A DNA stretch of 64,000 nt from a virus (IMGVR_UViG_3300036958_000333:1-64000); one strand, 5' to 3'; counted from the first letter of the stretch, positions 49,537 through 60,371 are shown. Made by a program: numbers and translations. Notes: generated by a model not told the origin, from the letters alone.

Positions 49537-50133
49537 ATGAATAAGACAAAACCAAAACTATCTTTAAATTATATAGTAGGAATTAAAGTTCCTGATTATA
49601 TTAAAGATGAAATAAATTGTTTTATAAAAAATAAATTAAATAATTTTTATAATATATTTGATTGGATTAATATTTATCAGTATCATTTAACATTTGCATA
49701 TCTTGGAAGAATTTCAGAAGATCAAAGAAAAAAATTAATTACAGTATCAGATAAAATACAAATAACTCCATTTTCAGTGAGCGTAAGAGGATTAGGATTT
49801 TATCCTCCTGGTAAAAATCCTAGATATTTAAGATTAGGAATAGACGATGGAAGAGAAAAACTAAGTAGTTTTGCTAAATTTATGAGAAACGAAATAGCTG
49901 AAAAATCAGGAATATTACCAAAAGATGAATTTTATCCTAATATAACAATAGCTAAAATAAAACAATTTAAACATAATGTAAAAGATATATTAAAATTTAT
50001 TAATGAAAATTGGGATTATCCGTTTGGACAATTTAAAATAAATGAATTTCATTTATATAGAATAACTCCTCATGGATATAAAGAAAATCACAAAGTAATA
50101 TTGAAAAAATCAAAATATTTTATTTGGAATTAA
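49537..50133 (+). CDS. 2H phosphoesterase (ThpR/LigT-like), second HxT changed to NIT
   Basis: YHLTFAYLG..GLGFYP..FYPNITIAK. Confidence 0.85.
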   Translation: MNKTKPKLSLNYIVGIKVPDYIKDEINCFIKNKLNNFYNIFDWINIYQYHLTFAYLGRISEDQRKKLITVSDKIQITPFSVSVRGLGFYPPGKNPRYLRLGIDDGREKLSSFAKFMRNEIAEKSGILPKDEFYPNITIAKIKQFKHNVKDILKFINENWDYPFGQFKINEFHLYRITPHGYKENHKVILKKSKYFIWN

Positions 50134-50176
50134 TTTTCGCGTTAAATTTTTTAACAAATTCTTATTTATTATATAA

Positions 50177-50677
50177 GTGAATATACAAAATAAAATAATT
50201 ATAATACAAATAGAAGATGTTATAAGAAAAACTTATAATACCTGGAAAGACTTTTCTGAATTAGAAGAAAATAAAAATATAGATAAATACAAACTTTTTC
50301 AATCAAATGAATGGATATATTATAAGAATTTTATAGTTCCTTTTGAAAACGTAGAACTTAAAATAAACAAATGGTATGATGAAAATAATAAAATAATAAT
50401 TTTAAGCGAATCTGGAAATGAATGTGAATGGTTTAAAAATCATTATATTCCATATGACCTTATATGTAATTGTTTTACATTATATACAATGATAACAAAT
50501 TATGTAATAGGAAATGAAAGCGTATTTGTTATAACAAATAAAATTCAATATTGTATTGATTTTTCAAAACTTAATGTTGTTTATAAGATTTTTTGTTTTA
50601 GAAATAAGTTTGAAATAGAATATCCTATTTCTGAAAAAATAAATCACGTGAATGATTGGATAGAAATAAAAATATAA
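50177..50677 (+). CDS. Hypothetical protein
   Basis: 166-aa ORF. Confidence 0.55.
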   Translation: MNIQNKIIIIQIEDVIRKTYNTWKDFSELEENKNIDKYKLFQSNEWIYYKNFIVPFENVELKINKWYDENNKIIILSESGNECEWFKNHYIPYDLICNCFTLYTMITNYVIGNESVFVITNKIQYCIDFSKLNVVYKIFCFRNKFEIEYPISEKINHVNDWIEIKI

Positions 50678-50689
50678 TTTTTAGTCAAC

Positions 50690-51145
50690 ATGCCAATACA
50701 AATAGCAAATAAAATAAAAGCATACAAAAAAGAAATATCTAATTTTGTAAGTTTTATAAATTCAAATAATGATATTCCAGATAAAATATTTTTAAATACT
50801 TTTAATACTCCTTTTGTTTTTGATAGTAATAATAAACCATCTTTCGGTTTATTTTATAAAGATGAAAATGAAAATTTAAGAATAGCTGTAGCCATTAAGA
50901 TAAAAGATTTGGAAAAATTTAAATATAAAGATATTACTTTTAGTCGTCAAGATTGTCTTTATATTATATTAGAAACCATAGCTCATGAGTTTTTACATTA
51001 TATACAATATAAAAATAACAAAAAATTTTATGAAAAAGGATTAGACAATAAAGCATTAAATATGATTAAAAAATATATAGAAACAAATAAATCTATTATA
51101 AGTCTAAAGTATATTAATTCTTCTTTTATGGAAATAAATTTATGA
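50690..51145 (+). CDS. HExxH metallopeptidase-like protein
   Basis: ETIAHEFLHYIQY...E. Confidence 0.65.
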   Translation: MPIQIANKIKAYKKEISNFVSFINSNNDIPDKIFLNTFNTPFVFDSNNKPSFGLFYKDENENLRIAVAIKIKDLEKFKYKDITFSRQDCLYIILETIAHEFLHYIQYKNNKKFYEKGLDNKALNMIKKYIETNKSIISLKYINSSFMEINL

Positions 51146-51447
51146 TTAAAAAAAAAGTAGATAAAATTGAATTAATTAAATTAAATATTTGGAGTCAAAC
51201 TGTTGAATTTTCTTATATTTCTGAAAATATAAAAAGAAAATGGAAAGAAAAAATATGGGTTCATGCTTCTAACAAAAAAGAAACTATAAAATTAATAAAT
51301 AAATTTATAGATAGTAAATTAAATGAATTCAAATATTTAGAATTAAATGTAAAACTATATAAAGATTTAAAAAATAGTAAAAAAATATCTAATAGCTTAT
51401 TTCCAAAAGTTTATGGACAAATAATTTATATAGATGATAAAAATTAA
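51142..51447 (+). CDS. Hypothetical protein
   Basis: ATGA-coupled to the upstream gene. Confidence 0.55.
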   Translation: MIKKKVDKIELIKLNIWSQTVEFSYISENIKRKWKEKIWVHASNKKETIKLINKFIDSKLNEFKYLELNVKLYKDLKNSKKISNSLFPKVYGQIIYIDDKN

Positions 51448-51479
51448 ACAAAAAGTTAATATATAAATAAGGTGATAAA

Positions 51480-51995
51480 ATGTTAATTTATATTCTCGAT
51501 GATTCGCTATTAGATTCCAATGTATTAAAAGATATAATAGAAAATGGCGATATAGAAAAGAAATTTACAATTAACATAGAAAATAATCCAACTATTGGAA
51601 AGAAATTTATATTAAACAATTATAACAATATAGATTTATTGTTTTTAGATATTCAAATGCCTAAAATAAATGGTATTGATATATTAAGAAACATGATAGA
51701 AAATAATATATCAATACCTACAATAATATATTCTGATTTTATAAATCAATATAAATCTGATATTAATCAATTTAATATATTAAAATCATTAAAAAAAGAA
51801 AATATATTATCAGATAATGAAAATAATCAAAAAATAATAGCCGAAATATTTGTTCAATTAAATTTTTATAAATCATGTATGTTATTAAATAAAACATTAT
51901 CAGATTTTATAAAAAAAAGAAAAAAATACAACGGAGATCTTTATAATATATTAAATGATTTAAAAAAGAATATTGCTAATGGGTATAAAGTTTGA
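51480..51995 (+). CDS. Response regulator receiver domain protein
   Basis: ILDD..LLFLDIQMPKINGIDIL..IYS. Confidence 0.85.
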   Translation: MLIYILDDSLLDSNVLKDIIENGDIEKKFTINIENNPTIGKKFILNNYNNIDLLFLDIQMPKINGIDILRNMIENNISIPTIIYSDFINQYKSDINQFNILKSLKKENILSDNENNQKIIAEIFVQLNFYKSCMLLNKTLSDFIKKRKKYNGDLYNILNDLKKNIANGYKV

Positions 51996-52278
51996 AAAAT
52001 TTTATCTTGTTGATTTTCGTGGAAAAAACGGAAATATAATATTAAGATTTATTCATATTGAAAATGGTAAAAAAATAAAATGTAATACTCATGAAATAAT
52101 AGGAATATTGCAATCTTCTGAAATTCAAATACAAACAAAATTTTCTACAGAAAAAACATTAACAATTATCAAAGATAGTAGAAATTTAAGAAATATAAAT
52201 ATTGGTGATCCAATAAATATATATTATATTCCGGTTTCTATTTCTGAAAATTCAAAATTTTATTATTTAAATTATTAA
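51973..52278 (+). CDS. Hypothetical protein
   Basis: 101-aa ORF. Confidence 0.55.
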   Translation: MLMGIKFEKFYLVDFRGKNGNIILRFIHIENGKKIKCNTHEIIGILQSSEIQIQTKFSTEKTLTIIKDSRNLRNINIGDPINIYYIPVSISENSKFYYLNY

Positions 52279-52299
52279 TTCAATACATATATATTAAGT

Positions 52300-53358
52300 A
52301 TGTATATTGAAGAATTTAAAACATTTCCTACTAGAACAATAGAAGAAAGATTTAGAGTAGATAAACTAGATTTTGTTGCTAATAATTTTTTTAAATATTT
52401 AGAGGCAACTTATTTAGAAATAGAAGAGTTAGATAAAGAAAAATATTACTGCAAAGATGTTAATTATAATTACGACAATAATGTAACATGGAGATCTAAA
52501 AACGATGATCCAAGTTTTTTAAATAATTTAGAATACATGGAAGATGATTACTTTTTATATATATCAAACAAACAAGATTTCAATTATGGAATATATAAAA
52601 TTAATCGTGTTATTTTTAGAAATGAAGAATTAGAAAAAGAAGAAAAGGAAAAAGGATATAAAAACAAATTCGATATCATAGTAGATACAAGTGGACTATA
52701 TGGAGCCATATCTTATAGAGAAAAAGAAGATATATTTGAAGCTCAAATAATAAAAGGAGAATATAAAAAATTAAGGGATGTTCATTTTATTGATTTGTCA
52801 AATAATAATATATCATATGAATATTACGAACCTTATTTTATAATAGCAGATGTCTCAGATTATGCTGATTATAAATATAATTCTATAACAAATATTGATA
52901 ATGGAATAATAAAATCATCAATCTATAAATTAAGCCCATATCGTTTTGTTTGTAAAGATATAATAAAAGAAAGAAATCAACACAATAAAGATATATTAGT
53001 AATATATTCTAGTAAAGGAGATATTGTTTTAAATGAAGGTATTCATAAGATACACACTTCGTCGGTATATAAATTAGATGGATCTGATTATTGTGATTTG
53101 TGGTTAACTGAACCGTTAAATTATGATGAAGAAAAAACAAACATTATTGCTTCTATAATTGACTTTAGACAAGGAAACTTAATATCTAATCCAAAGAAAT
53201 TACAAGGACGAGGATCAATAAGCATACAATTAGATACAGAATCAGATAAAGTTTATTATAAAATAATCATTAATACAATTCCAACATTCATAAATTGGTC
53301 TTATTATATAATAAACTATCTTTTAACTGGAGTTTATGATAAACTTCCATGGAACTAG
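52300..53358 (+). CDS. Hypothetical, possibly virion protein
   Basis: Shares GxYxIxxV..FxIxxDxxGxYG segment with 54514-55650. Confidence 0.6.
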   Translation: MYIEEFKTFPTRTIEERFRVDKLDFVANNFFKYLEATYLEIEELDKEKYYCKDVNYNYDNNVTWRSKNDDPSFLNNLEYMEDDYFLYISNKQDFNYGIYKINRVIFRNEELEKEEKEKGYKNKFDIIVDTSGLYGAISYREKEDIFEAQIIKGEYKKLRDVHFIDLSNNNISYEYYEPYFIIADVSDYADYKYNSITNIDNGIIKSSIYKLSPYRFVCKDIIKERNQHNKDILVIYSSKGDIVLNEGIHKIHTSSVYKLDGSDYCDLWLTEPLNYDEEKTNIIASIIDFRQGNLISNPKKLQGRGSISIQLDTESDKVYYKIIINTIPTFINWSYYIINYLLTGVYDKLPWN

Positions 53359-53367
53359 GAATTTAAA

Positions 53368-54087
53368 ATGACTATAATTTATAATACTCCATATCAAAAA
53401 ATATTTATAAAAAAACAAAATTTAAATAATTTTTTGTTAAAAATATTAGATCTATTAACATACAAAAAAATAAATTTACCAAAAAATTTAAAAATAAACA
53501 AATTTCATGAAGATAACTATAAAAAAGAAATAAAAGATATAAAAAATATAGATATAATAGAAGATTTAGATAATGAAACCAAAAATCATTATAAATATAT
53601 AAAAAAGTGTTATGAAGATACAAACATAGGAAAAAAACATATTAAAATTTATAAAATTGATAGAGCATTATTTGAAACTAATTGGGAAGAAGATAAATGG
53701 AATGAACATATTGATCTTAAAGGATTAATAGGTATAAAATTTCAAAACTCCGATATTGGATTAAGTCTAATGAATTTATTTAATTTAAGATTTTTAATTG
53801 GATTTAAAATTCAAGATTTATTTGAATTATTTAAAATTATGGAATTTAATGAAAAAATTAGTTCTACGCCAAATAAACCAAATTATATATTTTTATTTAC
53901 AAATATAGATTTATGGCCATATCAAAAAACATGGAGATTAACTATAAGTAGAGGAAATATAGATTCTATAGAATATAATATATTAGCACAAGATCTTATT
54001 TCTGATTATTTTCAAAATACTGGATCTATTTTTGTTCCTAAAATAGATTATATTAAATTTAATGAACAAAAAAATGGAAAAAATTAA
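53368..54087 (+). CDS. Hypothetical protein
   Basis: 239 aa, AGGA RBS. Confidence 0.65.
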   Translation: MTIIYNTPYQKIFIKKQNLNNFLLKILDLLTYKKINLPKNLKINKFHEDNYKKEIKDIKNIDIIEDLDNETKNHYKYIKKCYEDTNIGKKHIKIYKIDRALFETNWEEDKWNEHIDLKGLIGIKFQNSDIGLSLMNLFNLRFLIGFKIQDLFELFKIMEFNEKISSTPNKPNYIFLFTNIDLWPYQKTWRLTISRGNIDSIEYNILAQDLISDYFQNTGSIFVPKIDYIKFNEQKNGKN

Positions 54088-54098
54088 TAGGAAAAATT

Positions 54099-54521
54099 AT
54101 GATTAGTTTTTTATCTGGAATACATTTTTATAAGTCTCAATATCCAAAATCTACTGGATTAATAAAAACTAGTAATAATAGAGATTGGATTGACTGTTCT
54201 ATTAATAGTATTGGAATACAAAATGCTTCTTTGTTTTGTATTGGTATTCCAAATAGAAAAATAGAAGATTTCTATGAATATTTTACAAACAATAATATAA
54301 TTTGGTATAAACTATATTTTAATAATGCTGGAAAAATATTTAAAATATTAAAAGTTAATTCTTTTAATTTAAAATCTTCTGATATATTAAATTATAATAA
54401 ACTATATCCTTTATATGAATATAAATTATCTTCATATGTAAGAGACGTAAATTATACGGAAGATGGTGAATATAGTACTTATATTGATTTTAAAATTAAT
54501 TACGGAAATAATTATGAATAA
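54099..54521 (+). CDS. Hypothetical protein
   Basis: 140 aa, AGGA RBS. Confidence 0.65.
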   Translation: MISFLSGIHFYKSQYPKSTGLIKTSNNRDWIDCSINSIGIQNASLFCIGIPNRKIEDFYEYFTNNNIIWYKLYFNNAGKIFKILKVNSFNLKSSDILNYNKLYPLYEYKLSSYVRDVNYTEDGEYSTYIDFKINYGNNYE

Positions 54522-55650
54522 ATATCCTATTTCTTTCAAGAATATTTATGAAGGAGTTGTTTGTTCTCAAGATTCTAGAATATCTGTATTTTGGACCGGG
54601 CCATTAGGAGCTCCAGCAGGAACAAAAGATTCTCAATGGTTAATAGAACCTGGAGAAATAAAATTATATAATAATTCATCTGAGCCATATAAAAATATGC
54701 AAAATATTACTTTTATTTGTGAATTTGATTCTGAAACAAATCTTGCCCCTGGGCCAGGTGGATATAATGCAAAACAATCTCCAGGATCTGATCCAAGACC
54801 ATTGTTATTAAAAGAATCTACTGAAATAGTTCCTTCTGATAAGTATATAAGTTATCAACAAAGATCGGATTTTACAGATGGAGAAGTTTTATCTGGTACA
54901 GGAGATGGAACAATATTTTTAACATCAGCTAAATTAGAGATTTGGATACCATTTTGTAATTATCCTCAAGATGAAGAATCAGAACTTGTAGATGAATATA
55001 TTATACCACCAGAAAGAGATGATCCTAATTTTTCTAATTGGGTCGGTGGATCTAATCGCGACGAAGGATTTGTTGATAAATACTATAAAAATCAAATATT
55101 ACATATAAAAACGTCTGGAAATAATCAAGGATATTATATTATTAAAAGTGTTTCATGGAATGGATCAGAATTTGAAATTACAATAGATCCTACTGGAGAA
55201 TATGGAGGATTGTATAAAGAAAATGGATTGTCTGGAAACATATTAGCAAATATGCCAGGATCAAAAAGATTTGAGATAGAATATATAGATGGAATATATT
55301 ATTGTGACGGTTGGGTTGATACTTTAGGAGAAAATACTGATAGACCTGGGTATTATTATTATACAAAACCTAATAATATAACCCAACAAGCCGTAGATAT
55401 TCAAACAGAATTACAAGAAAATGCAAGTTCGTATACGTGTGAGATAATTATAAACCCAGTAGGATCAAATCTTAAAGAATATATACCACTACATATTTTT
55501 CAAATTGTTCCATATTGGCTAATTGAAAGTAAAATTGATTCTAATGATATTATACCGGCATGGAAATTTACATTAAAAAGTATAGTAAGAGAAATAGATA
55601 AATTAAGTTCAAGAATTAAAAATTATTGGGAAAATCTTGATGGATCATAA
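54514..55650 (+). CDS. Acidic Gly/Pro-rich probable virion protein
   Basis: Start moved to ATG 54514; composition resembles structural proteins. Confidence 0.6.
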   Translation: MNKYPISFKNIYEGVVCSQDSRISVFWTGPLGAPAGTKDSQWLIEPGEIKLYNNSSEPYKNMQNITFICEFDSETNLAPGPGGYNAKQSPGSDPRPLLLKESTEIVPSDKYISYQQRSDFTDGEVLSGTGDGTIFLTSAKLEIWIPFCNYPQDEESELVDEYIIPPERDDPNFSNWVGGSNRDEGFVDKYYKNQILHIKTSGNNQGYYIIKSVSWNGSEFEITIDPTGEYGGLYKENGLSGNILANMPGSKRFEIEYIDGIYYCDGWVDTLGENTDRPGYYYYTKPNNITQQAVDIQTELQENASSYTCEIIINPVGSNLKEYIPLHIFQIVPYWLIESKIDSNDIIPAWKFTLKSIVREIDKLSSRIKNYWENLDGS

Positions 55651-57442
55651 TTTTATAAATTTAGAAGAAAATAAAAATAAAATATTATGTTCTTCTGGAT
55701 CTAATTATTTTGTTGTAAAATCTGATGGATCTGTTAATAGATGTTTCAGTGATTTAACTTATCTTGGTGATATGTTAGAATATCCTAGTTTTGTTAAAAA
55801 AAAAGCAACAGAATGTGTTGTTGGATATAAATGCGACGCTTCATGTGATCAAATGTTTTGTACTCAATGGAATAATCCAAGAAAAAGAGATTTCTATGAA
55901 AATAATCCTGTTTGTATAAAATGGAAAGATAATGATCCAAATAATTTAAATTTAAATGGATCTTTTTTTGTAATTTATTTAACAGATAAGTGTAATTTTA
56001 ATTGTCCATATTGTTGTAATTATTATCCAGACGGTATAAAAGAACGGCCAATAAATTATAATGAAAGAACAACGAGCGATTGGATTAAGTTTTTTGATAT
56101 ATTAAAAAATAATTTAAATATTGTTCAATTAAATTTTAATGGAGGAGAACCATTATTAAGAGATGATATAGATATTATATTATTTAATGCTTTAAAAAAT
56201 AATTTTGATTGCTCTTTAGTAACAAATTTTTCTGTATTTAAAAGTTTAGAAAAAATATTAAATAAAGATATTAATAATAAAGAAAATTTACAATTTTCTA
56301 TAACATTGCATCCAATAAATACTATATACAATTTTAATAAAATATTAAAATATATATTATTATTTAAAGAATGTGGATATAAAATAAGGATATCTTTATT
56401 AGGTTGGAAAGAAAACTTAAAATACCATGAAAGATATAAAATAATATTTAATGAAATAGGAATAGATTATTGGTTAAAGTGGTGTGGTGGATATTCGTAT
56501 GATCAAAATACTATTGATTATTTGATAAAAGAAGGTGCCGGAAAATCAACGGCAAAATATTTATATGAAAACAATTTATTAGATAACAATACTAGTAATT
56601 ATAAATGTACTGCTGGAATAGATTATTTTATAATAGATAATGAAGGAATGGCTTATAAATGTTATGGAGTATATCATAATAAAAAAAATATATTATTTAA
56701 TTTAAATAATTATAAAAACTTTAATTTTAATAATTTAAATTCAAATTGTAATAAAATGAATTGTTTTAAAGATTGTGAAGGATATAAAGTAGAAGTATGG
56801 AATAATAAAAATATAAAAATATGGAATAACATTTATTGGAGACCTAGATTAGATTCAATCAAAGATATAAGTTTAGACAATATATTTTTTCAAATAGATA
56901 TGGTATTAGGATGTTTTAATAATTGTCCTTATTGTTTTATCGAAAACAAGAATTGTAGAAATAAAAAAGATATAAAATTTATTGATACAGAAAAATTATT
57001 AAATTTAATAAAACATATTTCAAATATAAAAAAAGGATATAAATTTATTAATATATCTGGATCAGGAGAACAATTAATACATAATGATTTTGTAAAAATA
57101 TGTAATACTTTTACAGAATATGGTTTTAATATTGAATTAATAACTTCTGGACTTTTATATAGTAAAAAATTATTTTTATTAAAAAATAAAGAAAAAATAA
57201 ATATTATAATAAGTTTTCATCCATCTAGTAAAAACTGGAATTATAATAAAATGAATACATTATTATATAATCTAAAAAATGAAAAATTTAGATCATTAAA
57301 TTCTACTTTCGTAAAATATGAAGGAAATATGAGTTTTTATAACGAAATAAAAAACTTAACAAAAAAATACAAAATGTTTATGCACGAAATAGAACATAGA
57401 AAAAAAATCGAATTTATAAAACAACAAAATAATAATTTATAA
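55637..57442 (+). CDS. Double radical SAM protein: [aux Fe-S]-[rSAM]-[aux Fe-S]-[rSAM]
   Basis: CNFNCPYC..GGEP and CFNNCPYC..GSGE, each preceded by CxxG...xG.V/A..C...C..C...C. Confidence 0.85.
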   Translation: MMDHNFINLEENKNKILCSSGSNYFVVKSDGSVNRCFSDLTYLGDMLEYPSFVKKKATECVVGYKCDASCDQMFCTQWNNPRKRDFYENNPVCIKWKDNDPNNLNLNGSFFVIYLTDKCNFNCPYCCNYYPDGIKERPINYNERTTSDWIKFFDILKNNLNIVQLNFNGGEPLLRDDIDIILFNALKNNFDCSLVTNFSVFKSLEKILNKDINNKENLQFSITLHPINTIYNFNKILKYILLFKECGYKIRISLLGWKENLKYHERYKIIFNEIGIDYWLKWCGGYSYDQNTIDYLIKEGAGKSTAKYLYENNLLDNNTSNYKCTAGIDYFIIDNEGMAYKCYGVYHNKKNILFNLNNYKNFNFNNLNSNCNKMNCFKDCEGYKVEVWNNKNIKIWNNIYWRPRLDSIKDISLDNIFFQIDMVLGCFNNCPYCFIENKNCRNKKDIKFIDTEKLLNLIKHISNIKKGYKFINISGSGEQLIHNDFVKICNTFTEYGFNIELITSGLLYSKKLFLLKNKEKINIIISFHPSSKNWNYNKMNTLLYNLKNEKFRSLNSTFVKYEGNMSFYNEIKNLTKKYKMFMHEIEHRKKIEFIKQQNNNL

Positions 57443-58327
57443 TTTTTTTATTACATTATAATTTAATTTTATTAAATTAATTGATTTTGAGGAACAAAAA
57501 GTTTCTATTAGGTTTAAATATTTTTTGTTTTCATCATGATCAACAAAATTAATATGATTTATAACTATTTTATTTTTTAATAATGTTTCTATATTTTTTA
57601 TAAAATTATCATGATCAAATAATGGACTCGTTGGATGATAACTAATATTAAAACTAATAAAAGCTAATAAATTCTCGTTATTTAATTTTATTTTATTAAA
57701 ATTATCTGCAAATTTATCTAAATCAACGTTAATAAGAGAAGAAACTATTGTTGTATAAAAATGTAATTCAATGATTTGATTAAAAAATTCATAAAAATTC
57801 GGATGATAAAGAGGCTCCCCCATTCCGCATACTACAGCATGTTTCTCTCCTTTTTTATGATAATTAATAAATTTTAAAAAATTAATACATTTTTCTATAT
57901 TCATAAATTCAATTTTATGTCTATTATTTACAGTATTGTCACAATAAATACAATTATTTATACAACCATTTACAATATCTAATATAACACTATAATGACT
58001 TCTATTTAAATCTTTAAATTCGTTAACGTATCTACATGGATAACAAAACGATGAATTTGAAACCCTTTTTCCGTTTATCCATTGCTGAGTGTTCAACCCG
58101 TCACATTGAGGATTACATGTTCTACAATTGCAAATTGGATTTATATTTAATAAATTTTCATTTAATTCATGATTTATATCAAATATTTTAAGATCATCAT
58201 TATAACTAAAATTATGAGCATTACATTTAAAAACATCTCCATTATATCTTATATAAACATAATCTATTCCTCCAGTACATATTATCTCATCTATATCATA
58301 TAATTTTTTAAACATAAATTTCCTCAT
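57437..58327 (-). CDS. Radical SAM protein with N-terminal auxiliary Fe-S domain
   Basis: CTGG..NGDVFKC..CNCRTCNPQCD, then CINNCIYC..GMGEP. Confidence 0.85.
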   Translation of the reverse strand: MRKFMFKKLYDIDEIICTGGIDYVYIRYNGDVFKCNAHNFSYNDDLKIFDINHELNENLLNINPICNCRTCNPQCDGLNTQQWINGKRVSNSSFCYPCRYVNEFKDLNRSHYSVILDIVNGCINNCIYCDNTVNNRHKIEFMNIEKCINFLKFINYHKKGEKHAVVCGMGEPLYHPNFYEFFNQIIELHFYTTIVSSLINVDLDKFADNFNKIKLNNENLLAFISFNISYHPTSPLFDHDNFIKNIETLLKNKIVINHINFVDHDENKKYLNLIETFCSSKSINLIKLNYNVIKKL

Positions 58328-58390
58328 TTTGTAAATGTAACTATCTTGAAATTTTCCATAATAAAAATATATATAAAAAATATAATATGT

Positions 58391-59293
58391 TTATTTATTA
58401 AAATTATTCAAATATTCAATTGCTTTATGTTTTAGTACATCTTTGCAAAGACAATGATATATTCTTGATTTATGAAAATTATCATTAAAATAATTCAAAC
58501 ATTCTATAAACATAGAAGATTCACTAAACATTATAATATAATTATTTTCAAGAAAGCTTTTATTTATAAGATCGAGCCATTCTGTTGTTTTTATATTATT
58601 TTTATGTAGAAATTTTGAAAAAAATAATGAAATAGTTACTTCTTCGGCCCAATAATATTTAAAAAGATCAATACCAGGACGCTCATGCAAGATTTTAAAA
58701 ACAAAGTCGCTGACTTTATTTTTATTAATTAAAAAGTAATTTAAAATTTCGGTTTTATTTATATCTTTTTTATTTTTAATAAAAATAGTACAAGAATTTA
58801 TCCAAAAAAAATCAATATTATCATATTTTTCAATATTTAAATATCCACTGGGTGAAAACCAATTAAAAACTTTTATTTTATTATAAAAATCATTAAACAT
58901 ATTATAAATTGATGTTATATTATCATTTAACATACAATCCGTATCTACATATAATATACTATCACACCCATAATCATAATAAAATATTGTTTTAATTTTA
59001 TCAATCCATACTCTATAAAACTTTTTCATTTTAACTTGTTTTTCTGTAAAAAGAAAATCATCTCGTAATTTAATATTAAAATTTTTTAATAATTCAAATA
59101 AAACTTTAAATTCTTTATCTTTATAATATCCTCCACTAGTTTTTTCACAAAAAATTCTGTAATCTTCAGTTCCAAGATTAATAATAATATCATTTTGTAA
59201 ATTATGTTTCATTGCACAAACGCAAAAATATATTAATGTATACAAATCCTTTTTTAAATTATTTGTAAATGTAACTATCTTAAAATTTTCCAT
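58391..59293 (-). CDS. Putative GT-A (DxD) sugar transferase
   Basis: WIDKI..ILYVDTDC..INS..EE..YH pattern. Confidence 0.55.
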   Translation of the reverse strand: MENFKIVTFTNNLKKDLYTLIYFCVCAMKHNLQNDIIINLGTEDYRIFCEKTSGGYYKDKEFKVLFELLKNFNIKLRDDFLFTEKQVKMKKFYRVWIDKIKTIFYYDYGCDSILYVDTDCMLNDNITSIYNMFNDFYNKIKVFNWFSPSGYLNIEKYDNIDFFWINSCTIFIKNKKDINKTEILNYFLINKNKVSDFVFKILHERPGIDLFKYYWAEEVTISLFFSKFLHKNNIKTTEWLDLINKSFLENNYIIMFSESSMFIECLNYFNDNFHKSRIYHCLCKDVLKHKAIEYLNNFNK

Positions 59294-60177
59294 TATTGAT
59301 CTATTAATTTTGGATAATTATCTTTGAATTTAGTTATGGTTTCATTTATTTTATCAATATATTCAAATTTTTCTAGTATTTTATAAATTATATTGTTTAA
59401 AGAAAAATCAGGATTAACAATATCATTTCTTGCTATTTGACTATTAAATTTACGATCAATATCATTATAAGGTTCTCTTCTAAAACTTTTTAACATATGT
59501 AAATTCATTTTTAATATATCATAAGAAGATTTAATGTTATTTTCTTTGATTTGAATATATTGTTTTAATTCGTCTTTATCCAATTTAAATTCTTCATTAT
59601 CAAAAAAATAATTATACATTTTTAATTCTATTTCATGTCTATTTATTTCATCTAGATCTAAAGATATTTTTCTTGCCCATGAAATGGCCTGATCTAAACA
59701 AGATTTATAATAAGAATGAATTCCGCTAGAAGAATCTTTTGTATTTTTACGTGGTTTTTTAATCCATTTATCTTTTAAAACATCATAAATTCCATTAAAA
59801 ATTTCTTCTGAAGATGTTTTATTTGATATGTAAAAATTTATTTTGTGATCTGTTCCGCTTAATAAATTACCATTAGGAAGTAATTTTCTTATTCTTTCTA
59901 TTCTATCTTTATTTAAAGAAATTTCAATATTAATATCAATATCAGATTGATCATTATACTGATATCCGGCCATAGAACCAACCAGTTTTATAGCATCTGG
60001 TTTTTTATCTATTTTTAAATTTTTCATCCACTCATAAAATATACTTAATATTTTTTCTTTTACAAATGGTTTTAATAATTTATCTTCTTTTCTCCATATA
60101 TCATTACATAAATTATCTCTAACTGGGTCTAAAATAGATTCTTTTAAATAAGAACCATATGTTTTTAATTCAGACAT
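59293..60177 (-). CDS. Pol-beta-superfamily nucleotidyltransferase-like protein
   Basis: LVGSMAGYQYNDQSDIDINI...GIYDVLKDKWIKKP. Confidence 0.75.
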   Translation of the reverse strand: MSELKTYGSYLKESILDPVRDNLCNDIWRKEDKLLKPFVKEKILSIFYEWMKNLKIDKKPDAIKLVGSMAGYQYNDQSDIDINIEISLNKDRIERIRKLLPNGNLLSGTDHKINFYISNKTSSEEIFNGIYDVLKDKWIKKPRKNTKDSSSGIHSYYKSCLDQAISWARKISLDLDEINRHEIELKMYNYFFDNEEFKLDKDELKQYIQIKENNIKSSYDILKMNLHMLKSFRREPYNDIDRKFNSQIARNDIVNPDFSLNNIIYKILEKFEYIDKINETITKFKDNYPKLIDQ

Positions 60178-60371
60178 GATAATTTAATCCTTTCATGTAT
60201 TTTTGGTATAGCGGAAACAATTATGTTTTCACCTTTATATAATATTGAAATATTTGTTTTTTCATTTTCTTTTAATATTCTTAAAAATTGAATAAAATTA
60301 TCCCTTAAATCATAAGGAACGTAATACTCCTTATAAACAAATTTATTTATATATTTATTAAACTTTTTCAT
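60165..60371 (-). CDS. Small protein with MKKFNKYIN leader
   Basis: TAATG junction like those in the 1-4.4 kb array. Confidence 0.55.
   Translation of the reverse strand: MKKFNKYINKFVYKEYYVPYDLRDNFIQFLRILKENEKTNISILYKGENIIVSAIPKIHERIKLSCLN

Noticed and set aside
1626-56331. Antisense or nested ORFs in the track (e.g. 1626, 3799, 4510, 11012, 14664, 19955, 21629, 24495, 26138, 34651, 37754, 39601, 42135, 43012, 43768, 45321, 45387, 46578, 46635, 48173, 49033, 53405, 56125)
   Set aside because: They shadow better-supported genes, often over repeats, and have no RBS or motifs.
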